Positions 20,151 to 29,258 of a stretch of DNA of 64,000 nucleotides are shown one piece after another; position 1 is the first letter of the stretch, and every line of letters starts with the position of its first letter. The position numbers and the translations under genes are program-made. Under the pieces are notes generated by a model. That model searched no databases. It had not been told where the DNA came from and saw nothing but the letters and a program-made list of their open reading frames with translations. The stretch is taken from the NCBI GenBank assembly GCA_030603385.1, contig JAUVXW010000001.1:249785-313784 (forward strand), read 5' to 3'. This DNA is from Promethearchaeota archaeon (GTDB taxonomy: Archaea > Asgardarchaeota > Lokiarchaeia > Sigyniarchaeales > SOKP01).

Positions 20151-22165
20151 ATGAGTCAACTGAATCAAGTGATCCTCTTTTCAACGAGCCATATATAGAT
20201 ATTGATGAGTGGTGGGACGAGCCCGTACGCCATCGATACGTCCATGGCGGTTTTAAAGGCACCGATGCCAGATTTTCTTTCTATTTCCCTCCGAAGGAAC
20301 AATACGAAGGTAGATTCTTCCAGTATATCATGGCGATATCAGGTAACGAGAAGGCTGCACAATCGCCAGAATATCCTGATCCCAGCTATGCGTTAGGTTT
20401 TGTCTTCGAGAGTGGTGCTTATTTTCTGGAATCAAACCTGGGGAGAAAGGACATGTTTCCTGGCGATGATCCTACCATCGCTGGGTATCGAACAAGTGCG
20501 GCAGTAGCGAAGTACTCGCGCGTTTTGGCCTCTGAAATGTATGGTCCCCATCGCCCCTATGGTTATGCATGGGGCGGTAGTGGGGGAGGATATAAGACCA
20601 TTAGCTGTATTGAAAACACAGAGGGTGTTTGGGACGGTGTGGTGCCATTTATTCACGCAACACCAATGGCCATGATCAATGTATTCTCTGTGCAGGCCCA
20701 TGCGATGCGCATATTGAAAGATAAAATACCCTCCATCGTCGATGCGGTAGAGCCTGGTGGTAGCGGAGACATGTACGCTGATTTAAATGAAGAGGAACGA
20801 GAAGCACTTACCGAAGTGACTAAGATGGGATTTCCACCAAGAGCTTGGTTCAATTACAGGAGGATAGCGTTCGGCTACACCGGAGTCTTAACCACCCTCC
20901 TTGACATAGTGATTAAATGGGATCCAACATATTTTGAAGATTTTTGGAAGGTTCCGGGCTACCTTGGTGCGGACCCACCCGAGTCACTCCTGCGCGCCCG
21001 GATCCAACATGAAACAACAATTAACAAACTTATAATGCCCGAAGATATCAGGAAAATGGGTCAATCACTGTCAATATCTGCCGGGCAAGCGGGTAACATA
21101 ACAGTCCCAGCAGGATTAGTATTCGAAAGCGTGCCTGAGGGTGAAATACAGGGAGCATCATTGTTTTTAAAAAGTGGTGAAGCAGAGGGTCGAGTTGCTT
21201 ATGCTATTGCAGCCTTCGGTAATACGGTAATGCTTGCCTATGGTGAGGAAAACTATCCATATCTAGCAGGTATCAAGGTGGGTGACAAAGTGCTGATTGA
21301 CAATTCTAACTATCTCGCTGCTCAAACCTATCATCGCCATCAGGTACCATCACCTGAATATAAGGTTTGGGATCAGTTCCGAGACGCCGATGGTAAACCG
21401 TTGTATCCCCAACGACCCGAGATATTAGGTCCGCGTCATGCCTATCATGGCGCAGGTTCGGTCCAGACTGGTAAATTTAAGGGTAAGATGATTGTGGTAA
21501 ATACGTTGATGGACGAAGTTGCCTATCCTTGGCAGGCTGATTGGTATCGCTCGAAGGTAAAAGAGGCATTGGGAGACAAATTCGACGACAACTACCGGCT
21601 CTGGTATATTGACCAAGCAATGCATACGCCACCTGTGATCACACCGTTTGAATCCCGTCCAGCAATAACCACCCGAATTATCAACTATGGTGGTATTTTG
21701 CAGCAGGCACTACGGGATGTGAGTGCATGGGCTGAAAAAGGCATTGCACCCCCAGCAAGTACTACATATGAAGTGGGGGATGGCCAAGTGGAAGTGCCAC
21801 CGACCGCTAAGGAGCGTAAGGGAATTCAACCAGTGGTCACTCTTACAGTAAATGGAGGTGAGCGTGTAGATGTCAATGTCGGGAAGAAAGTTAAGTTTAC
21901 CGCGGTTATCGATACACCACCGGATGTCGGTTCGGTAGTTGGTGCGGAATGGGATTTTGAGGGCGTTGGTGACTATCCAATAACCGAGAAACTTAAAGAC
22001 ACCAAAAGCACTCATGTAGAGGTGAAAACCACTTATACTTTCTCCGAACCTGGCACTTACTTCCCGACAATTCGTGTAACCTCGCATAGACAGAGCGATC
22101 CTAAAACTCGCTATGCAAGAATCCAGAACATCGGTCGTGTGAGGGTTGTGGTTACTGTTCAATGA
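20151..22165 (+). CDS. Putative alpha/beta-hydrolase (tannase/feruloyl-esterase-like) with C-terminal PKD/Ig-like domain; start codon unresolved
   Basis: Frame of ORF 20330-22165 is open back to 20114 and reads DPLFNEPYIDIDEW..RHRYVHGGF..RFSFYFPP. G-G-S-G-G nucleophile elbow (YAWGGSGGG), candidate Asp (DEVAYPW) and His (MHTPP); PKD-like WDFEG...TYTFSEPGTY. The ATG at 20151 is one base out of frame. Confidence 0.65.
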
Positions 22166-22224
22166 ATTATAAACTTTATTTAAACTTTAAATATTAACAT
22201 ATCTTTCTTTTTATTTTTTGAATT
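22158..22224 (+). repeat. Imperfect direct repeat, copy B (GRE-like 3' end FNEL* plus terminator)
   Basis: TTCAATGAATTATAA is identical to the last 5 codons of GRE1 (17239-17253) and is followed by the same 21-nt T-rich tract as copy A. Confidence 0.6.
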
Positions 22225-22370
22225 TTATTTTCCCTTCTTAACTAAAATCTTTAAAAACTCACAATTATATCCTTGTTTACAATATGATATGAAATTGATA
22301 TTTTTGTATAAAAATTAAGAAAAAGAGTATTTTGTTATTTAGGTTAATGTACAGAAATTGTTTTTTGCAC

Positions 22371-23318
22371 CTAACGAGTTAAACCCGACCACTTAACGTT
22401 TTTAACTCCAGTACTTTTAGCAATTTTAAAAAAATTTTCCATCTCCTCTTTTGTCATTAATGGTTCATCTTTTAAAGGCCATGACATACCTAATCTTGAA
22501 TATTTAATTTCGCAAAGTTTATTAAAACTTAATAGATCCCATTGATCAGGAATATTATTTAATTCATTTACAATAAATTCTCCAATTCCTTTAACATTCT
22601 CCTTTGTGGCAGTATGGTTAGGTATTATTGGTGTCCTTATCCACATTATTTTCCCATTTTCTTTGATATATCGTGAAATCCATTTAGCATTTTCTAAAAT
22701 TGTTTTATTTGAAACACCTGTATATTCTTCATGTTTTTTAGGATCAATAACCTTTATATCTAAAAGGACTATATCAAGGTAGGGTAATAAATCTTGATAA
22801 ATCTTTTTACTTGAATACCCACATGTATCTAAAGCAGTAGAAATGTCATTTTCCTTACATAATTTTAAAAATTGTAAGAGAAAATTTGGTTGTAATGTAG
22901 GTTCCCCACCAGAAACGGTTATACCTCCTTTTGTTTTATTAAAAAATATTTTTTCTTTCTCTATTTCGTGAAAAAGAACCTCCAAATCCCACCACTTCCC
23001 GAACATAGTTAATGCCGTACTGGGACAGGCTTCTACACAATCTCCACAACTATTACATTTCTCTCTGTTAATATGTAAACCATCTTCTTCAAAAAATAAA
23101 GCATCCTCTTGGCAAGCATCTATACAACTATTGCAACCAATGCATTTACGATCTATCCATTGAAGTTGAGGTTTTTTTGGAATTGATTCTGGATTGTGAC
23201 ACCAAACGCAATTTAAAGCACAATAATTAAAAAAAATTGTTGTACGGACACCAGGACCATCGTCAGTAGCCACTCTCTCAATTTTGAAGATTAAACCTTT
23301 TGATTTTGGCTCTACAAT
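22371..23318 (-). CDS. Glycyl-radical enzyme activating enzyme (radical SAM with 2x[4Fe-4S] ferredoxin insert)
   Basis: KGLIFKIERVATDDGPGVRT, CALNCVWCHNPES, two CxxCxxCxxxC motifs, GGITVSGGEP, ALDTCG. The conserved N-terminus extends upstream of the GTG at 23273, so the start is uncertain. Confidence 0.9.
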   Translation of the reverse strand: MVEPKSKGLIFKIERVATDDGPGVRTTIFFNYCALNCVWCHNPESIPKKPQLQWIDRKCIGCNSCIDACQEDALFFEEDGLHINREKCNSCGDCVEACPSTALTMFGKWWDLEVLFHEIEKEKIFFNKTKGGITVSGGEPTLQPNFLLQFLKLCKENDISTALDTCGYSSKKIYQDLLPYLDIVLLDIKVIDPKKHEEYTGVSNKTILENAKWISRYIKENGKIMWIRTPIIPNHTATKENVKGIGEFIVNELNNIPDQWDLLSFNKLCEIKYSRLGMSWPLKDEPLMTKEEMENFFKIAKSTGVKNVKWSGLTR

Positions 23319-23429
23319 ACACCACCATATTAACTTCTAAAATTCATTTAACAAAAAAATCCAAAAAGTAATTGAAGATCAAAATATTTTATAACTTATT
23401 GTGTAAATTTAAAATCATTTTTATGTTCT

Positions 23430-24173
23430 GTGAAATCAATGATTGATGATAAAAGCATTACTCATGGGAAAAAAAAAACGAGAAGTAGATCACCTGAGAA
23501 GAAAGCACAACAATTTGATAAAATATTAGAAGTAGGAAAGCAATTATTTCAAGAACAAGGACGAGATGGCTTTACACTACGCATACTAGGAAAAAAATTA
23601 AATATGAGCCAACAAAATCTCTATAATTATGTAGAAAGCAAACGAGAACTATGGATTGCAATAAGGAAGAAGTTTTATGAGAAATATAGGGATGAAAATC
23701 GGGATATCATTAAGAATTTTAGTGGTTCAACCATTGATTTATTATTAAAAATTTTTGAACACTTTTTTGAATTTGCCGGAAAAGATTATGCTGCTTTTCG
23801 AATGATGCACATTATCCGTTCTCCTCCATCAGAAAAAGTGGGGCCATTTGAAAAAGAATATAAACAATTTAGCTTTCTAGACGGAACTACTCGCGTAATT
23901 CAAAAAGCAATTGATGAAGGAGAGATCAAAGAAAAAAATGCTGCTTTACTCTCTTTCTTTTTATTTAGTCTATTATTAGGATCAGCTATGATAGAATACG
24001 CCATGCGGGATATTGAAAAGACTAATGATAAAATAGGAAAGGAAGTAGAGGAACACATACAATTTGGAACTCAGAGTTTCACAAGTAAGGAATTTCGGAA
24101 ATATACGTTAAGGAAAATCCAAAAAGGATTAATTGATCCCAATTTAGTAATAGATGAAACTGAATATAAATAA
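23430..24173 (+). CDS. TetR/AcrR family transcriptional regulator
   Basis: ILEVGKQLFQEQGRDGFTLRILGKKLNMSQQNLYNYVESKREL N-terminal HTH; divergent from the activase. Confidence 0.88.
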   Translation: MKSMIDDKSITHGKKKTRSRSPEKKAQQFDKILEVGKQLFQEQGRDGFTLRILGKKLNMSQQNLYNYVESKRELWIAIRKKFYEKYRDENRDIIKNFSGSTIDLLLKIFEHFFEFAGKDYAAFRMMHIIRSPPSEKVGPFEKEYKQFSFLDGTTRVIQKAIDEGEIKEKNAALLSFFLFSLLLGSAMIEYAMRDIEKTNDKIGKEVEEHIQFGTQSFTSKEFRKYTLRKIQKGLIDPNLVIDETEYK

Positions 24174-24484
24174 GAGCCTAAGTATTATTACTATACCTAA
24201 AAATCTTCTTATCAGTATAATTTCCTTAAATAAAAACAAGATAGGATTAATAATGGGAGAGCAAATATTAATAAAACTCCCTAATAATGAACTTCGTATT
24301 ATCTTAAATCGGTCCCTAAAAAAGAATACTAGACATTGATTTCGATGATAATAATTTAAAAAATATATACCGAGTTTCTATATATTATTTTTTAATAGTT
24401 AATACAAGTGTAAGGTTTTAAAACATCTTAGAAAAACTTTTTTGATCCCCAGAATTAAGATATTTAAAAAGAAAATATTTAAAT

Positions 24485-27355
24485 ATGCCTGATTATATCG
24501 TCATTAAGGGCGCTAGACAGAATAACTTAAAGAATATTGATGTAAAAATTCCACGCAATAAGCTTGTAGTTGTAACTGGCATTAGTGGGAGCGGAAAAAG
24601 TTCCTTAGTTCTTAATACCCTGTACGCGGAGGGACAGCGCAGATTTCTGGAATCATTATCAAGTTATGCGAGACAATTCTTGGGTGAAATGGATAAGCCA
24701 GATGTAGATTCAATTGAAGGATTGTCGCCTGCAATTGCAATAGAACAAAAGCCTCTTTCTAAAAATCCAAGGAGTACGGTAGGAACTGTCACAGAAATCC
24801 ACGATTATTATAGGCTATTATTTGCTAACGTTGGTGTCCCACATTGCCCCAATTGTGGAAAAGAAATAAGACCTCAGACACCACAACAAATTATTCAAAT
24901 ACTTCTAAGTTCTATTAAAGAAAATCAGAAATTTATAATTAAAGCCCCAGTTATAAGGGATCGAAAGGGGGAATATAAAGATCTTCTACAAGATTTAAGA
25001 AAGCAGGGATATGTAAGAGTAGAAGTAGATGGGATTCAATACACTTTAGATGAAGAGATAGTGATGAATAAGAATGTGAAGCATAATATCAATGTAGTCC
25101 TTGACAGGCTAGTGATGAGAAAAGATATAAAGACAAGATTAGCTGATTCGATTGAAAACGCCTTAGATCTAGCAGAAGGATTAGTTATTATTGAGGTTAT
25201 TGACGAAGGAGAACAGACATATTCAGAACATCTTGCATGTATTGATTGTGGAATCTCTTTTCCTCAATTAGACCATAAAATGTTTTCATTTAATATCCCC
25301 CATGGAAGTTGCAGATATTGCAGTGGTTTAGGTACAGTTATGGAATTCGATTATGGATTAGTATTAGGAAACGATTTAACTGTACCACTTAACGACACTC
25401 CAATCAGAGACATTCCAGGATTTGGTTCTTTAACTGGATACTCTTGGCAAACTATAATGCAGGTAGCGAGCCATTATGGATTTAATGCTAATAAGACTCC
25501 ATTGCAGGAAATTGAGCCGGAGATGTTACACAAACTATTGTTTGGTTCTGAAAATGAATCAATAAAACTTCATTTTGAAAGTAATGGAAATGATTATAGG
25601 AACCAAAATGGTGAATTTAAATCCTCATGGGATGTTGTCAGACCTTTTGAGGGTATAATTCCAATATTGCATAGAAGATATATGGAGACTCGATCGGAAT
25701 GGGCTCGGGAGGTCTATGAAAATTTTATGAACCGGATAGCGTGTCCTCAATGTAAGGGAAAAAAATTAAAACCAGAGAGCTTAGCAGTAACTATTAATGA
25801 TCTGAACATAGCACAATTATCAGATTTACCCGTAAAGAAATCAACTAAATTTTTCAAATCATTACAGTTAAGTGAAACTGATAAAACCATAGCAAAAGAA
25901 ATATTAAAAGAAATTATGGATAGATTGTCTTTTTTAGAAAATGTAGGTTTAGATTACATTTCATTAAGCCGTCGCTCAGACACTTTATCTGTTGGAGAAG
26001 CAGAAAGAATAAGATTAGCAACTCAATTAGGTTCTAGTTTAGTAGGTGTATTATATGTATTAGATGAACCAAGCGTTGGTTTACATCAACGAGATATAGG
26101 TCGTTTAATAAATATGTTGAAAAAGTTAAGGGATTTAGGTAATACTGTTATTGTAGTTGAACATGATGAGGCAATAATGCAAAATGCAGATCATATTATC
26201 GACTTAGGGCCCTTAGCTGGTGAAAAAGGGGGTGAAATTGTAGCAGAGGGGCCAATGGAAAAAATAATTAAAGCTAATACTTTAACTGGAAGATATCTGT
26301 CAGGAAAGGAAAAAATTGAAATACCTCAGAATCGACGTAAATCGAATAATGAATTTCTTCAAGTTATAGGAGCAAGAGAAAATAATCTGAAGAATATTAA
26401 TGTGAAAATACCCTTAGGGCTATTTACATGTGTAACAGGCGTTTCAGGTGCTGGTAAGACTAGTTTGATTATCGATTGTCTCTATAAAGGATTACACAAT
26501 CTTATAAATACACGTAGTTCAAAAATCAGGGAAGGGGATTTTGATACTATAGAAGGTTATGAAAAAATAGATAAAATGATTAATATTGACCAATCTCCTA
26601 TAGGAAGAACTCCAAGATCAGTTCCCTCAACATATACAAAAGCTTTAGATTACATTAGAGATATTTTTGCCCAATTACCTGAATCAAAAGAAAGAGGATA
26701 TAAAAAAGGTAGATTTAGTTTCAACACTAAAGCAGGTCATTGTAAAAAGTGTAAGGGTACTGGATATATCCTAAAAGAAATGTACTTCTTACCTGATGTT
26801 TATATTAAATGTGATTTATGTAACGGAAAAAGATATAATGCAGAAACATTAGAAATTAAATACAGAGAGAAAACGATTTCAAATGTTTTAGAAATGACAT
26901 TCAATCAAGCTTTAGAATTTTTTGACAGCTTTCCGAAGTTAAAGAGAACTTTACAAACAGTAGTAGATGTAGGTTTAGGTTATTTAGAATTAGGTCAATC
27001 ATCAACTACTCTGAGTGGTGGAGAATCCCAAAGATTAAAAATCGCAAGGGAATTAAGAAAAACTAGTACAGGAAATACTCTTTATATCTTAGATGAACCT
27101 ACAACTGGATTACACATGTATGATATTAAATTCTTATTAGATGTACTTCAAAAATTGGTTGATAAAGGTAACACAGTAGTTATTATTGAACATAACATGG
27201 ATATAATAAAATCTGTTGATTATATTATAGATCTTGGACCTGAGGGTGGAGAAAAGGGTGGAGATATTGTTGTAACAGGCACTCCCGAAGAGATTATTAA
27301 AATAAATCATTCTTTTACTGCTCAGTTTTTAAATAAATATCTAAATAACAAATAA
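24485..27355 (+). CDS. uvrA: Excinuclease ABC subunit A
   Basis: GARQNNLKN, GISGSGKSS, zinc fingers, LDEPSVGLH, second Walker A GVSGAGKTS, LSGGESQR, LDEPTTGLH; 956 aa. Confidence 0.97.
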   Translation: MPDYIVIKGARQNNLKNIDVKIPRNKLVVVTGISGSGKSSLVLNTLYAEGQRRFLESLSSYARQFLGEMDKPDVDSIEGLSPAIAIEQKPLSKNPRSTVGTVTEIHDYYRLLFANVGVPHCPNCGKEIRPQTPQQIIQILLSSIKENQKFIIKAPVIRDRKGEYKDLLQDLRKQGYVRVEVDGIQYTLDEEIVMNKNVKHNINVVLDRLVMRKDIKTRLADSIENALDLAEGLVIIEVIDEGEQTYSEHLACIDCGISFPQLDHKMFSFNIPHGSCRYCSGLGTVMEFDYGLVLGNDLTVPLNDTPIRDIPGFGSLTGYSWQTIMQVASHYGFNANKTPLQEIEPEMLHKLLFGSENESIKLHFESNGNDYRNQNGEFKSSWDVVRPFEGIIPILHRRYMETRSEWAREVYENFMNRIACPQCKGKKLKPESLAVTINDLNIAQLSDLPVKKSTKFFKSLQLSETDKTIAKEILKEIMDRLSFLENVGLDYISLSRRSDTLSVGEAERIRLATQLGSSLVGVLYVLDEPSVGLHQRDIGRLINMLKKLRDLGNTVIVVEHDEAIMQNADHIIDLGPLAGEKGGEIVAEGPMEKIIKANTLTGRYLSGKEKIEIPQNRRKSNNEFLQVIGARENNLKNINVKIPLGLFTCVTGVSGAGKTSLIIDCLYKGLHNLINTRSSKIREGDFDTIEGYEKIDKMINIDQSPIGRTPRSVPSTYTKALDYIRDIFAQLPESKERGYKKGRFSFNTKAGHCKKCKGTGYILKEMYFLPDVYIKCDLCNGKRYNAETLEIKYREKTISNVLEMTFNQALEFFDSFPKLKRTLQTVVDVGLGYLELGQSSTTLSGGESQRLKIARELRKTSTGNTLYILDEPTTGLHMYDIKFLLDVLQKLVDKGNTVVIIEHNMDIIKSVDYIIDLGPEGGEKGGDIVVTGTPEEIIKINHSFTAQFLNKYLNNK

Positions 27356-27444
27356 CTTTTAAAACTAAACTTAAACATAATTCAATATTCATGTAAGTAT
27401 TCATTAAATAATTTTTAATAATTTATTGAGATTCGTGGTATTGC

Positions 27445-29250
27445 ATGGCAGAAGTTGAGAGCAAGATAATTAGGGCACCAATTGTATGCATTTTGGGTCA
27501 TATAGATCATGGTAAAACAACTATTCTTGATTATATTAGAGGAACAATAGTTCAACAAAGAGAAGCCGCAGGAATTACTCAACATATAGGTGCTTCTTAT
27601 TTTCCCATAGAAGATATTAAAGAATTTTTAAAGAAATCTAAACAAGAATTCGCAGAAAAAGAATTTAAACTTCCAGGTATATTAGTAATCGATACCCCAG
27701 GTCACGCAGCCTTTTTAAATTTACGACGTCGCGGTGGTGCGGTAGCAGACATAGCTATCTTAGTAATTGATGTGACTGCTGGTACTATGCCAATAACCTG
27801 GGAATCTGTGAGAATTTTAAGAGATAGAAAAACACCTTTTGTGATAGCAGCAAATAAAATTGATAGAATCTCTGGTTGGAAGTCTCAAAAAGATGCGGAT
27901 TTTTTAGATTCATACAACAGTCAAAAACCTCATGTAAAAGATTTCTTAGATGAGAAAATTCTGCAAATTATGGGAAATTTTTTGGAAGAGGGATTTAAGG
28001 GAATAGAGAGGTACGACAAAATTAAGGATTTTACCAAGCAGGTGGCTATTGTGCCTACAAGTGGTAAAACTGGTGAGGGAATATCCACCTTATTGTTGGT
28101 ATTAATGGGATTGGTTCAACAATATCTAACGAAAAATTTGAAATTTTCAGAAGGACCTGCTAAAGGTGTGGTTTTGGAAGTTAAAAAGGAGAAAGGACAG
28201 GGTAAAACCATGGACGTCTTAATCTATGATGGTGTTATTAATAAGGGAGATGAATTTATCGTTGGGGGTTTAGAAAAACCAATTAAATCAAAAGTAAGAG
28301 CGTTATTAATTCCAAAGCCATTAGATGAGATAAGAGATCCTAGACAAAAATTTGATTCAGTTGAGTTAGTAGCAGCAGCGGCAGGTATTAAAATACTTTC
28401 ACCAAATATAGATGATGTTGTAGCTGGATCCCCTTTTAGGGGAATCGGAGATCCTTCTGAAGAATCTAATATATACAAAGAAGTTGAATCTGAAGTAGAG
28501 AGCATTCGTATTAAAACTGACAAAGCTGGTGTTGTCTTAAAAGCAGATACTTTAGGATCTCTTGAAGCTTTAGAAAATCATTTTACTAAGAATGGTGTGA
28601 AAATCAGCATTGCTGATGTAGGACCAATAAAAAAAGAGGATATAATGAATGCTAATATTGTAAAGGAATTTGACCCTTACTCTGCGGCCGTGCTTGGATT
28701 TAATGTCCCAATACTTCCTGAAGCAAAAGAGCAAGCATTTATTGATAACATCCGGATTTTTACTAATAATGTAATATATCGATTATTAGAGGATTATATA
28801 GAATATGCTGAAATACGAAAAGCCGAAGATACTGCTAAAGGGTTAAGTGAATTAATCTTACCTGCTAAATTAAAAATGTTTCCTGATTATATATTTAGGA
28901 ATTCAGATCCCGCAGTATTTGGTGTTAAAGTTGAAGCAGGTACCTTATATCCTAAAGTCCCTTTAATAACTGATGAGGGTAAGAAAGTAAGGAGAATTCA
29001 TCAAATACAAGATAAAGGAGAAACATTAGAAAAGGCAGAAAAAGATACCGAGGTCGCAATTTCAATTCGGGGTATTGAAATAGGAAGAGAAATTGGAAAA
29101 GATGAAACCTTATTTGTGAATGTCCCTGAGTCCCACGTAAGACAATTAATGGGAAAATTTCTAGATGAATTAACTACAGATCAAAAACAAGTTCTAAGAG
29201 AATTCATCTCTTTAATGCGTAAAACAATTAATCCTTGGTGGGGGATGTAA
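27445..29250 (+). CDS. infB: Translation initiation factor aIF5B (IF-2)
   Basis: RAPIVCILGHIDHGKTT, GITQHIGA, DTPGH, NKID, KADTLGSLEAL; archaeal length (601 aa). Confidence 0.97.
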   Translation: MAEVESKIIRAPIVCILGHIDHGKTTILDYIRGTIVQQREAAGITQHIGASYFPIEDIKEFLKKSKQEFAEKEFKLPGILVIDTPGHAAFLNLRRRGGAVADIAILVIDVTAGTMPITWESVRILRDRKTPFVIAANKIDRISGWKSQKDADFLDSYNSQKPHVKDFLDEKILQIMGNFLEEGFKGIERYDKIKDFTKQVAIVPTSGKTGEGISTLLLVLMGLVQQYLTKNLKFSEGPAKGVVLEVKKEKGQGKTMDVLIYDGVINKGDEFIVGGLEKPIKSKVRALLIPKPLDEIRDPRQKFDSVELVAAAAGIKILSPNIDDVVAGSPFRGIGDPSEESNIYKEVESEVESIRIKTDKAGVVLKADTLGSLEALENHFTKNGVKISIADVGPIKKEDIMNANIVKEFDPYSAAVLGFNVPILPEAKEQAFIDNIRIFTNNVIYRLLEDYIEYAEIRKAEDTAKGLSELILPAKLKMFPDYIFRNSDPAVFGVKVEAGTLYPKVPLITDEGKKVRRIHQIQDKGETLEKAEKDTEVAISIRGIEIGREIGKDETLFVNVPESHVRQLMGKFLDELTTDQKQVLREFISLMRKTINPWWGM

Positions 29251-29258
29251 TCCACTTA

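Noticed and set aside
24154-24339. 61-aa ORF after TetR
   Set aside because: Low-complexity I/K/N/L sequence in AT-rich intergenic DNA; no motif.
3973-24484. Calling the island a mobile element
   Set aside because: No integrase, transposase, tRNA att site or exact terminal repeats seen.
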